Source: Octopus bimaculoides (lineage: Eukaryota). Taken from it: a stretch of DNA of 34,311 nucleotides. Below, in pieces: positions 1 through 12,019 of the stretch; the first letter of the stretch is position 1; each line of letters opens with the position of its first letter. The notes under the pieces were generated by a model. It saw only the letters and a list, made by a program, of their open reading frames with translations, made no database searches and had not been told where the DNA came from. The stretch lies in assembly GCF_001194135.2 (NCBI RefSeq), contig NC_068987.1, forward strand, positions 63,840,187 through 63,874,497, written 5' to 3'. The translations under genes were made by a program, and so were the position numbers.

Positions 1-244
1 GGAAGTTAGAAATTCTTATTTCAGGAGAGCTAAGAAAGGGGGAGATAACAAACGGTGATCGGGAACGAGGGGCTGTGTGTGGGAGGTAGACTGCTGGTGA
101 TCTTGACGTATGTAGTGTGAAAATGGGGGAAGGGAGAAAGGGAGAAAGTAGTTGGTCAGTTGTAGTGTGTGCGTGGTGTGATGCGAGGGTATTGGTGTGG
201 TGTGATGTGAGGGTGTTGGGAGGTGGGGAAGGCATGGGTGGAGT

Positions 245-284
245 GTATATATATATATATATATATAAATGAAAAGATAGATAC

Positions 285-320
<36 letters not shown>

Positions 321-360
321 GCAGACAGACAGACAGATAAATAGATATAGATATAGATAT
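245..360. repeat. Compound microsatellite (TA)n-(GATA)n-(GACA)n
   Basis: Tandem units read directly. Confidence 0.95.
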
Positions 361-361
361 A

Positions 362-590
362 AATGCGTGTGTCTTGTGTTTGTGCCACCCGCCACCGCTT
401 GACAACCGGTGTTGGCGTGTTTACCTTCGCGTAACTTAGCGTTTCGGTCAAAGAAACTGATAGTATAAGTAGCAGGCTTTAAAATTAATTAGTGGGATTG
501 ATTTCAATCAATTAAAGATTCTTCATGGTGGTGCACCAGTATGGCCGTAGTCTAATGACAGAAACAAGTAAAAGATAAAAGATAAAAAAT
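362..590 (+). mobile_element. SINE family 2, 3' half
   Basis: cttgacaaccggtgttggcgtgtttac...gtaacttagcg...atggccgtagtctaatgacagaaacaagtaaaagataaaa aligns by eye with the 3' half of the copy at 28106-28465 and with the reverse complement of 15421-15560. Confidence 0.8.
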
Positions 591-1390
591 ATGGAATTCA
601 AGTTATCAAATTGTCTGCTGTGTCTGATTTTAATATAATTTAGAGTATTGTGAGAGCTGTGGTCTTGTATTACGAAGTTTCTCTTATTTATAGACACATT
701 AATATGGTTGTATAACATTTTCTGGTTATATAAAGGTGATTTTAGTGCTGTTAAATCTGTATTGCAATACTTTTAAACTTTCAGTGTTACTTACAAGGCG
801 TATATTTTTGTTTCAAATATTCAAGTTTAAGTACATTCTACGCAAAGTTGTGACGTTCAGAAAGTCAACAACCGTTTCTTTTTGTTTTGTTATTACCATT
901 GCTGTCGTTTTTCTTATACCTGTAATGTAGTTCATTTTTTGAGAGTATTGTGAAACATTGTTGTTTGCCAGTGTACAAGAGGCTAATTTGTTGACGTCTA
1001 TAGACGATATTTTAAGACACTTAACTGTATAAGTGCTTTCAAATCCGCATCATGCAGGTTTTCATCCTTGTGGATTACTTTCTTATTTTTTGCCAACTAA
1101 AATAACGTTAAATGTATGGGTAAAATATCTAATTATACATAAATTATGCCGTTTACAAGAAATAGTACATGATAGAGTGTTCATTTTTTCATTTATTAGT
1201 TGTCATTAAATGTTCCCACCCTCCATACTGAAATTATGATTGTTAGCAACTTGTCACTGTATCACATTTAACATATATTATTATATACAGAGATACACTC
1301 ACACATAAATTTAGACACATAGTTGCACACGGTCACTCACATTCATAAGAAGAAATATATATATACGTACATACACATATATATATATAT

Positions 1391-1625
1391 ATGCGTATGA
1401 CAAGAGATGACCACCAAGTGGACATCTGATATGCTAGAAAGAGGTCATCAATGTCCCAACCACAAATAAATATTTTGTATATTTTTCATTTGTCTTGCCC
1501 GCTTATGTTCTGGCGTTTGCTGAATTTTTTCTGGAGAACATTATTTTTCTTTGTGGTTGGGTCGTTTATGACCTCTTTCTAGCATATCAGACGTCCACTT
1601 AGTGGTCATCCCTTCTTATACGCAT
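1391..1625. mobile_element. MITE-like fold-back element with 76-bp terminal inverted repeats
   Basis: 1391-1466 against the reverse complement of 1550-1625 gives 68/76 matches by hand count. It abuts a (TA)n run. TSD not resolved. Confidence 0.8.
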
Positions 1626-1782
1626 GTAATACAATTTTTCTGAATTTTCAGATTTTTTATATGCTAGGCCACTGGTTTTAAATTGATGTTAATTAAATTA
1701 ATATTTAATTTATCACCCTCAGTATATAAATACATATATATATATATATATATATATACATAGGTGTATGTATGAATGTATG

Positions 1783-1813
<31 letters not shown>

Positions 1814-1827
1814 ATATATATATATAT

Positions 1828-2685
1828 NNNNNNNNNNNNNNNNNNNNNNNNNNNNNNNNNNNNNNNNNNNNNNNNNNNNNNNNNNNNNNNNNNNNNNNNN
1901 NNNNNNNNNNNNNNNNNNNNNNNNNNNNNNNNNNNNNNNNNNNNNNNNNNNNNNNNNNNNNNNNNNNNNNNNNNNNNNNNNNNNNNNNNNNNNNNNNNNN
2001 NNNNNNNNNNNNNNNNNNNNNNNNNNNNNNNNNNNNNNNNNNNNNNNNNNNNNNNNNNNNNNNNNNNNNNNNNNNNNNNNNNNNNNNNNNNNNNNNNNNN
2101 NNNNNNNNNNNNNNNNNNNNNNNNNNNNNNNNNNNNNNNNNNNNNNNNNNNNNNNNNNNNNNNNNNNNNNNNNNNNNNNNNNNNNNNNNNNNNNNNNNNN
2201 NNNNNNNNNNNNNNNNNNNNNNNNNNNNNNNNNNNNNNNNNNNNNNNNNNNNNNNNNNNNNNNNNNNNNNNNNNNNNNNNNNNNNNNNNNNNNNNNNNNN
2301 NNNNNNNNNNNNNNNNNNNNNNNNNNNNNNNNNNNNNNNNNNNNNNNNNNNNNNNNNNNNNNNNNNNNNNNNNNNNNNNNNNNNNNNNNNNNNNNNNNNN
2401 NNNNNNNNNNNNNNNNNNNNNNNNNNNNNNNNNNNNNNNNNNNNNNNNNNNNNNNNNNNNNNNNNNNNNNNNNNNNNNNNNNNNNNNNNNNNNNNNNNNN
2501 NNNNNNNNNNNNNNNNNNNNNNNNNNNNNNNNNNNNNNNNNNNNNNNNNNNNNNNNNNNNNNNNNNNNNNNNNNNNNNNNNNNNNNNNNNNNNNNNNNNN
2601 NNNNNNNNNNNNNNNNNNNNNNNNNNNNNNNNNNNNNNNNNNNNNNNNNNNNNNNNNNNNNNNNNNNNNNNNNNNNNNNNNNNNN
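1828..2685. other. Assembly gap (N-run) after a (TA)n/(TATG)n array
   Basis: Ns read directly. Confidence 1.
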
Positions 2686-3905
2686 GGATTTCAAAAGTGA
2701 TTGCAGTACGCACGTTTCATGCTACTTCAATTTATTTAAGTAATGTGAGCATTACCTTAAATGCAATATGAAGAGCAATCTTCAGCTGCACGAAAATGCA
2801 GAAAAAAGACATATTATAAATGTGGCAACATATTAAATCCAAGTGGGAGAGAGCATACATAAAATCCAAATGTATATATATATATGAATGTTGGTACACA
2901 CACTTATGTAGTTTCCCAGATCCTTGATCTGTTATTATGCTGGATCATCGTCAAGCCATATATTCTCTACTTGATATAACCCGCTACTCACGATGTGCTT
3001 TATCGGTCTGGAAGTCATTAATATTTCTGTATACAAATGTCCGTAATTATCATTTATGTACATGATTATGAATTTGCCTCGGCAACCCCTATACTAAATT
3101 ACATATGTGAATATCTGAGTATCTGTACGTATATGTATATATACGTTTCTATGCAGAAACACATACTCAAGCTTGTCACCAAAATGACTACACTCACGCA
3201 CACGCACACACGCAGTCACAAAAACCCACGACGTTTTAACTCTAAGTGAAAAGCGCTGTCAAGTAAGCAACTTCTAGGCTCTTTGCTATGATATGCTGAA
3301 TCGAGCAAGCAGTCAAAACAGCGTTCTGTTATCCAGTCTGTCTATGTTGTTTTATTAGATATAACCACTGACATCAACAGAGTAGTCAAATTTCAAACAC
3401 GACCTCTCTTGCCCTTCTTTAGTTACACACACATACACACAAAGATATGCGCACACACTCACTCACATGTAAACACGCGCACACACACGCACACATACTC
3501 ATATAGACATTCACATAAGATCTGGTGGATATTCATACGTACACCACTCGCAAATACACACACACACAGATTTGCATTCACTGGCAATCAGATATATCAC
3601 TCGCATACATCCACACATATGTATTCAATATAGACATGCGCGCTTGTGTGTGTGTATGTACAGCGTGTGTACATATACACATACTGCACACTCACGTATA
3701 CACACTCACGTATACACAATCACAGTATGAGTTGGGCATTTTGATTTGATTAACTAGTCTTATTTTACTGTGCTAAATAAATTTAAGCACATTTCTAATA
3801 TATCAGAACTCTAATCGAGATATTTTAATTTCATTTATCCAGTAGTTTTAGAAATCATTTTACGTACATGGAATGTATCCCGCTGTCCACAGAAATATAA
3901 TTTCA

Positions 3906-4025
<120 letters not shown>

Positions 4026-4030
4026 TATAT

Positions 4031-4749
4031 ATCCCCACCGAGCTTGGTTGCTTGCTTGGTGAGGAGGGTGATTGTTAGACGCCCTGCAGGATGAAAAGCA
4101 AAATTGCTGAATGGGCGGAGGAACTGATGAGTAGTCAACGGCCATCCAACTACTGTGTCTACATATTTATATATTGTATATATATCTTTTATTTTATGTG
4201 TATTTTGAAATTTAATATGTATATATGCATGTATGTATGTATGGTATGTATGTATGTATGTATACACACACACATCAACTCTCAACCCATTTGTTGATCA
4301 ATCAATTCATACCAACAACATCACTAGATCTACGACCTAGTCTGCATCTGACAAGTGGCACACTATGCATCACTACAGGTTATGCTTTCTTGGTAGAGAG
4401 AGAGAGAGTGGGTTTTGTTCAACAAAGCCAAATTCCGCTTTAAACAAACTCATTGTGCAGACAATCAGTAACAACACGAGGACAAGCCAAATCCTTCAGC
4501 AATGAACCGATGGCAACGGGGACAGGTAGAGAAAATCACTGGGGATCTCTAGATTGACTTTTGCTTATAGTGCTAACAACTACATTGTCCTGTTAAATCT
4601 ATGTGAGCAATTTCACAGTGCGTGTCTTCTTAACTACTAAGCAGCCTAGCAATGTTTCCCTTGTATGCGGAGGGGGCTACAAAAGGTGCTCTAAAAACTG
4701 CTTGCTTACACCGTCTAGTCATTATTTTGTGAATGACTTCCTTTCAACC
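4031..4749 (+). mobile_element. Putative 5' UTR of the RTE LINE, interrupted by a TA/TATG microsatellite at about 4165-4275
   Basis: Complex, higher-GC sequence running into the RTE endonuclease region. Assigned by position only. Confidence 0.35.
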
Positions 4750-7700
4750 ATGCAGTCTAAAAAATATAGAAGACAAGGGGAAAAAAGGGGAAAAAAACAG
4801 ATTTGAGCATAACAACATGCAACGTGCGCCCACTTTAGGACCACAAAAGGCATCCTAAGCGTAAAACAACACTGACAGCTCTCTTAAATGTAAAACTGTT
4901 AGTATTGCTACTCTTTTGGAGACAAGGCTACCAGATTTTGGTCAGCTGAATGAAGTATTTGAGGGTACACTTTCTTCCGGATTGGTAAATCTGTGGCAGG
5001 AAAAAGGGAATCTGATGTGAGTTTCGCTATTAGTAAGGATATTGTACATAAACTAGAGTTCTTCTTCAATGGAATTACTGATCGTCTTATGTTATTGCAA
5101 ATCGCACTTGACCTAGAAAAATATGCTACACTAGTAAGTGCATAAATACCAGAACTTAGTTCGACAGATGCAGCTAAAGACAAATTCTATTCCGATTAAC
5201 GAAATTTTCTGAACCCAATTCCCAGTCAAGATAATTTTTTTCTTTTAAGAGAATTTAATGCCCGTGTGGAATCAGATTACCTTTCTTGACCAGATATTCT
5301 TAGTAAGCATGGTCTTGGCATGATATCCTGCTATCTTTGTGGTGTGAGTTTAGATGTTCGGTCACCACTACACTTTTTCAACAGTCCAACAAAAACAAAA
5401 TAACTTGGTATCATTCTAGATCAGGTCATGGCCACTTGATTAACAATGAGATTTGTTCGAAGCCGTGATAAAAATGATGCTAACTTAATACATTCTTTCC
5501 GTAAGACAGAATACTGTTCTGATAATGCTATGGTTTGTAGTGAGGTAAAAATGAGTTCAAAGCCGGCCATAAAACAAGATCGTAGAAAAGAATCATAAGG
5601 AAACTTGATATTTCAAAGCAAAAAGTAAAAACGACAAGGCTATTCTCGCTTACACAATTGATGGAAAGTTTCATAATGCTTCGTTTTTTGGATTTGGTTT
5701 ACAAGATTCTTTATGTGAGTTCGTGTGTTGAAGCATATTCTGTTGTGTCTGGGGAGAGTAATTTTCTTTTTGTGCCTTATAATTTAACACACTCACCGGT
5801 AAAAACGGAACGCAGTGTTTATAATGTTTGAATCATCAAAAATATGGAAGAATCATGGGGTCAACTTAGAGATACTATTTATGAGTCATCTGAAGTTCTT
5901 AGGTTTCCATGCTGTAAAAACCGAGACTGGTTTGATGAAAATGATGAGCTTATAAATGAACAGAATGTACAGAATTTATAAAGAATAGATTGTCGATAAG
6001 AACACTACTAGAAAGAAAAATCTTTACAAGTCTGCCAAAACTCTGTTCAAGCTAAACTCCGAAAAATGAAGCAACAGTGGTGTGGAAAGAAAGACTAAAG
6101 CTCTGCAAAAATCAGCTGACAAATGTGACATGAAAGGCGCTTATCAAAATTTGAAGAGGGTATCTGGTCCAAGTAAAGAAGGGGACATTCCTGTTCTTTC
6201 TATAGAAGGGAATCTTCTCACAGATGGCAATGCTATATTGAAACGTTGAGCAGAACCTTTAAAAGAAGTATTAAATAGAGATACAAATGTAGACATTAAC
6301 TCAATAATATTCCCCCATAGACCCTTTAATTGATCTATTGCATTGGATCCATGTTTTCGATGAAGTGAAAGTGGTTATATAACAATTGACAAATAAAAAT
6401 GTTTCAGATGTTTGTATTCCTGGGGAAAGTTTTAACTGTAGTGGTAATATTTTGTTAGACAGAGCTTATAGTCCAAATATGACAAATAGGAACTATCCTA
6501 CAGCAATTTCAACATGTAATGACTGTGCATCTGTATAAGTATAAAGGTAATAAGTGTAAATGTGACAATCATCGTGGCATATCGCTACTCTCAATTGCAG
6601 GTAAAAACCCTTTCTTCAGATATCTTAAACAGATCTAACATTCTGTCGATCTGGTGAGTATGGGTTTAGATTATGTCGAAGGGCAGTGGATATATTATTC
6701 AGTTTACAACAAGTTCAGGAGACAGTCCGAGAGCACAGTAAAGACCTCTGTGAGGTATTTGTAGCGCTTACAAAACCCTTAGACTCTATGTGTCAGTAGT
6801 CTTTGTGTAAAGTATTATCTCAGTTTGAAATTCCCGAGAAAATGCTAAATGTCATAGTGTCTCTACATAAGGATATGCAAGCATCTGTTCTTTTAAATGG
6901 CAGTCAATTTTGGTGTTAAAAATGGTATAAATAATGGTGTTTTGGTGCTAAAAATGGTGTTTTGATGTTAAACTGTTACAAACTTAGCTCGTGTTTTGGT
7001 ACCAGTATTATTTGCACAAGTTTTTGTAGAAGAAGCTTTATTTCCCGAATATAGGACAACCAGTGACATCTTCAATCAACAGCGTTTCAAAGTAAGGACT
7101 GAAGTTGCATCTCAGACAATAAGAGAGTTATTGTTTGCAGATGATAGAGCTCTAGTTGCTTATAAACTCGAGGACACTCAGTACATCATTGACAGATTTG
7201 CAGCTGCAACCAGAATTTTTGTCTTAACTATCAGCATAAAAAGACTATCAGCCACGTCCTGGTAACAAATCAGAAATCTTGCCCATCGAGTTTGTTGAAG
7301 ATAAAACTCCAAAAAGAGTTGATGCTCTCACATGGTTGGGTTTTACATTAAGGAGGTGCAAACTCGCATTGGAAAGGCCAGTACAACTTTTGGGAAGCTT
7401 TATGGTCGACTTTGGTATGGCTATTATACCTCAGTAAAAACGAAAATTGAAATGCATATGTCAGGAGCCCTAACAATTTTAAAATATACAGAAGAGACCA
7501 GGACACCTTATTGTAAGCACATCAGTCAGCTGAAAAGTTTTCAGGTAAGATGTCTTAGGCAAATATGCAAGATTAAGTGGATGTCTTAGGCAAATATGCA
7601 AGATTAAGTGGATATCTTAGGCAAATATGCAAGATTAAGTGGATATCCAGAACATTTGTGGTATACCTGGTATAAAAGCTTTCTTAATCAAGTCTCAGAT

Positions 7701-7815
7701 GCGTTGGTGTGTACACATCCTTCGCATGAATAATGGTCGAATATCCAAACAAATCTTTTATGGTCAACTTGAAAATTACCGTACGATAAATTGAAAGATA
7801 GTTTGAAAGACTACT
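4750..7815 (+). mobile_element. Decayed RTE-clade LINE ORF (APE endonuclease + reverse transcriptase), with many stops and frameshifts
   Basis: EN motifs by hand translation: ITTCNVRP (about 4809), ATLLETRL, YTFFRIGK, DRLMLLQI, REFNARVE, KHGLG. RT motifs: YKYKGNKCKCDNHRGISLLSIAGK (about 6535-6605), FVALTKPLDS, RELLFADD (FADD at 7134-7145), EVQTRIGKASTTFGKL, KSQMRWCVHILRMNNGRISKQIFYGQL, KLKDSLK. The C-terminal zinc finger and tail are absent. Confidence 0.93.
7549..7646. repeat. 31-bp tandem triplication inside the RTE
   Basis: gatgtcttaggcaaatatgcaagattaagtg at 7549, 7580 and 7611 (one mismatch), with no spacers. Confidence 0.95.
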
Positions 7816-7926
7816 TTCTACTTATTGCTAAAAATGATCATCACTATTCTCCTCTTCCTCCTCCTTATCACCATCTTCATCATCAACAACAGAAACAAAT
7901 TGTTGTTGTTGGTGTTGTTGTTGTTG

Positions 7927-8980
7927 CCTTTGCACAACTTCTAACGCTGGAGATGTACTACAGTGTCAGCTATTCACTACCAGTGAACTAAAGTAACACC
8001 TCTTATTTTTCGAGCACCTTCCTGAGTATTCGAACGGTTCCAAGCAGTGCTGTTTTCTGCAAGTACTCCACCCTTATTGCAGCCTCTATTTGTTCCAAGT
8101 ACTTCTCGAGATTTTTGCGTACTCTTCCCAGGACTGCGACAACTATTGGTACTACTGCTACCTTTTTCATCGACCACAACTGCTTAACTTCCCTAGCTAA
8201 CCTGCCATATCTCTGGAATTTCTTTTCTTCCTTATCGCATACCTTGTTGTCGGCTGGGCATGCTATATCTATGATCCAGCATAGTTTGTTTTCTTTCTCA
8301 ATTAAGACTATGTCTGGCTTCCTATTCTCTGTCTCATGGTCGCACTGAATCATAAAATCTCACAAGATCTTTGCATTGTCATTTTCGATTATACCTTCGG
8401 GTTTGTGGCCGTACCAATTTTTTGCTCTGTCAAGTCCGTACTTGTTGCAAAGTGTCCGATTGCCAAGTCTGGCTATGTTGTCGTGCGTCTCTTATAATCC
8501 TTCTGGGCTAGTGGCGTACGTTGACTGGTAATATGCCACACGGTTTCACCGTTTTGTCCACAGATTCTACACTTATCACTTGTGTGTTGTCTATTCTGTA
8601 TTTTATGAAGTTTGCTCTTAGTGCCTGCACTTGGGCATCACATCCGGTTTTAAATCACTTTTAGTTATCCACAGCCATCTTTTTTCTCTGTCTGTCTGAT
8701 CTTCAACATCACTATGAAATTGACCATGCATTCTTTTCTTTACCCACCTATTTTCAGTTTTATTCGTTTTCAACTTCTTGTATAGTGCTTTACCTTTGCA
8801 ATCTTTCATCCTACACAAGCCTGACCTTTCTACTTATAATATTAGCGGTTCTGTGGCATTTTTTACATACCATACTATGTTGTTTTCTTCTGCTCTAATG
8901 CTGTGTTCGAATCCAATAAGTCCTCTTCCCCCTCTTTTTCTTGGTTTATACAGTCCGTCTGTGTCACTTTTTGTGTCAAT
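7927..8980 (-). mobile_element. R4/Dong-like non-LTR retrotransposon copy A, 5'-truncated (post-RT region, CCHC finger, REL endonuclease, 3' UTR, (CAA)n tail)
   Basis: Minus-strand translation: KSDTDGLYKPRKRGGRGL; WVKKRMHGQF; CRICGQNGETVWHITS (about 8575-8520); KILWDFMIQCDH; NRKPDIVLIEK...IIDIACP...KEEKKFQRY; LQKTALLGTVRILRKVL. A (GTT)n tail lies on + at about 7900-7926. Confidence 0.9.
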
Positions 8981-8991
8981 TATAATTATTA

Positions 8992-9046
<55 letters not shown>

Positions 9047-9069
9047 CATTAATACTGTTGTTATTATTA
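8981..9069. repeat. (ATT)n/(TAA)n microsatellite between copies A and B
   Basis: Tandem units read directly. Confidence 0.95.
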
Positions 9070-9446
9070 GTCAGTAGTCTTATTTTTATAATGTGCTTTC
9101 ACTGCACTACCGAGCGCGGCTTTGTGTGCCTTGAGTATGTGCTGTGGTTTGCTGTGATGTTCTTATGGTTACTGTATTGAAAGTGTTTTACGTAGGATGT
9201 GTGCAGTGCCCAGTAGTGCTATTTTCTGTATGTTACATATATTTGTTAGTCTTGGTGTTTTTGTTATATATCTGTCTGAATCTTTTTTTATCATACCTAA
9301 TGCACTCACTATGATAGGAATTGCTTCTGTTTTTAGATTCCACATTCGAGTTACCTCTATTTCCAGGTCTTTGTATTTTGAAAGTTTATCCATTTCTTTT
9401 AGAGAAACGTTGTCATCTGTTGGTATTGATACATCAATTAGGAAGC
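9070..9446 (-). mobile_element. R4/Dong-like copy B, 3'-terminal fragment (REL C-terminus + 3' UTR)
   Basis: LIDVSIPTDDNVSLKEMDKLSKYKDLEIEVTRMW...IQKIALLGTAHILRKTLSIQ*. The 3' UTR is near-collinear with 18532-18660, and (TAA)n lies on both sides. Confidence 0.9.
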
Positions 9447-9450
9447 ATTA

Positions 9451-9497
<47 letters not shown>
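9447..9497. repeat. (ATT)n microsatellite
   Basis: Tandem units read directly. Confidence 0.95.
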
Positions 9498-9499
<2 letters not shown>

Positions 9500-9804
9500 A
9501 GTGGCGAAGTGTTCCATTGGCCAGCGCGTCGGAGATACATGCTTTTGATGAAGGAGTTAAATTTAAGACTCATTTATGTGATCGCTGAATATCTATACCA
9601 TGCTTACTCTAGCGTATGCATGTATGAACATACATACATACATTAAAAAAAAATAACTTTTTGAATGAAATGTAATGCGGTTTCAGTTGGCTGCAAATAA
9701 TCATCATTTTGTAACTGACGAAGTTACAGCTTCGTTATTTCATAACTAGCTGTTATTTTTGACATTGTATATGGCTAATATTTTGAAAATGATAACTAGT
9801 TTGA

Positions 9805-9823
9805 ATGTGTGTGTTATGTATGT

Positions 9824-9873
<50 letters not shown>
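9805..9873. repeat. (TG)n microsatellite
   Basis: Tandem units read directly. Confidence 0.9.
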
Positions 9874-9875
<2 letters not shown>

Positions 9876-10347
9876 CATACATATAAACATTTATGTGAAC
9901 GTTCACATACATGAACGTGTACATAGTCACTCAGTCATATACATTCACCAATGTGCAACACAAGCAGTCAAACACAAGCATACATACGTCCGTGTATATC
10001 TACGTACACATTGACACACACATGCACACGCGAACACACATGCACACGCGCACACACATGCATACAGATATACACAGTCTCACCTGGAAACTAATGGAAG
10101 GTTATGTTAACTCTGTTAAGAATTGGCTAACTATGGTATAACTAAATCTATATAGGAGTCATAAATTGATATGTACCTTAAGCGTGGAGCGTATTGTCGA
10201 TCGAATGGCTTTCATTGCTGATAGGTAAAGTCCTACAGAGGGTGAAAACTAAATTGCTTACCGCGTGATTTGAAACTAATGTAAATTAATGTAAATTTTC
10301 CAGGCTAATGCTATGATATAGTAGCTGCCAGTGGATACAAATGAGGG

Positions 10348-10642
10348 ATACCTAGCTGCTATATTAAGTAGATCAAGGTATTCCTGGTTATGGAAATGAA
10401 TGAAAAGGGGGAAGGGGGTATTAGTATATTGCTTCCTATGGGAGTGAGTACTTGATAGAAGAGTTATATCTTCGCAGTTGGTGGTATCAAAGACGAGGGA
10501 ATGTAACTGAAGAATACCTAGCTGTTATATCTATCAGACTAAGCGATTCGTGGTTATGGGAAGCATTGAAAAGGGTGGGGTATTAATATATTGCCTAATA
10601 AGGGTGTGATCATCTGATAGAAGAGTTAAATCATCGTAGTTG
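10348..10642. repeat. Diverged tandem duplication, period about 166 bp
   Basis: atacctagctg at 10348 and 10514. Downstream blocks (ggttatgg, gaaaaggg, ggggtatta-tatattgc, tgatagaagagtta) recur in the same order. Confidence 0.8.
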
Positions 10643-11362
10643 TCGCTTTGGGTGTGGTCACAGAATGTTTTCTTTTACGTTGTTTGCTTGCTGGGGATGA
10701 CAGTAAATATTACGGCTGGGGCATGTGTGGTCTATGCTTGATTGGGTGTGACTAGACATTGGATTGGGTGTAGCCATAAACATTAGGAATGACAAATACC
10801 CTTTTCACACCCACTGAATTATTCAGATATCAAAAATCCGTGAAATTTACTTTCTAAAGACTTTTCAAGGTCTTGTTGTCGATGATGTTGCTGTTGCTAT
10901 TGCTGACTCTACTGTTGCTGCTACTGTTGTTGTTGCTGTAACTAATATGAAAAACATTGCGCTTACGTATCGCTGATCAGTTATACTTGAGATAACACGA
11001 AAGAAGTTGGTATATGAATTCTCTTATTAGCATTTTAGCATTGAAATTCCATCTTTATTTGAGATGTATCTTAATGCAAAGGTTTAGGGTTGTGATTCAC
11101 AACCTCAATGCTCCTCTTTCCTCAAATATTATTTTACAAACGCTTCCTTCACATATTTTAACCTCCTCCCACAAAGACCCAAGTAAGCAGACTATTTTAA
11201 TCAAACAGAAGCTAATTTTGTACAGTGGTTTATTATCTGTATTTTCTTATATTTGCCCCTCATGCACGTGTCTCTTTTTATATATTGGCATGTTCATTTT
11301 TATATGTCCGCTATGTCAAATTTTAACAGAAATTACCGTACCGAAGAAGGCAATAAGTTATA

Positions 11363-11580
11363 TAATGGCTTCAAATTGAGACAAAAGGTCAGTAACTTTA
11401 AAAGATATTGGCAATTAGCCCAAGTTCTTAGACTGATATTTTATTTAATCGACTCCGACAGAATGAAAGGCAGTGTTGGCCTCTGCATGATTTGTCCTGT
11501 AAACATGAAACGCTGGAACGATTGCAGCAAAACGTTTTTGTTCTTTGGCTCTCTAACGATTTTGCCATCTCACCGCTTTT
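11363..11580 (-). mobile_element. SINE family 1 (tRNA-derived), diverged
   Basis: The reverse complement starts aaagcggtgagatggcaaaatcgttag and contains tgcctttcattctgtcggagtcgat. It is collinear with 21147-21373. Confidence 0.75.
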
Positions 11581-12019
11581 GAGAACTTAAATATAATTAA
11601 ATTATATTAGGCCTAGGTGCATCGTCTGTCATGTTTCTGCTTACTGATAACGCAATACACTACTCATATTCTAATCACAAGAAAGATATCTAGAAAATGT
11701 ATTTATGATATAAGTATTGTGTTTGTCTGAAATATTTTATTTCTAAGAAAAATTATGAGTCCTCCAAACACCCAGCATCCACATGGCGTTCCCTTGACAT
11801 TTTGCATTCATTTGTGACCTCATCATGCCCCTTGCGCGGTACTGTCTCCTAATTTAAGGAACAATTGATTTAAGACTTCCAATTACAGTCTTTATTTGAA
11901 AAATAGATATCACTTCATTGAAAGATATTAGCCATGCTCATTGAGTAGGGTGAGTGACTACATTTAAGTACACACTCTAGCTTGATGGCTTATTCTTATT
12001 CTGATTACAATTGTCAGCG

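Noticed and set aside
642-953. 12-bp direct repeat agagtattgtga, 300 bp apart, as a possible TSD
   Set aside because: There is no recognisable element, tail or TIR between the copies, so it is compatible with chance.
1664-2771. Long ORFs of 250-350 aa here and at 13846-14685, 23963-24912 and 30420-31458
   Set aside because: They are open only because they run through N gaps and microsatellites.
7549-7646. 31-bp direct repeats as a possible CRISPR array (also the 21-bp repeats at 29393)
   Set aside because: The units are contiguous with no unique spacers, there are no cas genes, and the context is eukaryotic.
9497-9545. Possible family 1 SINE head directly after the (ATT)n array
   Set aside because: Too short and diverged to list as a feature. 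It is mentioned only as a hint.
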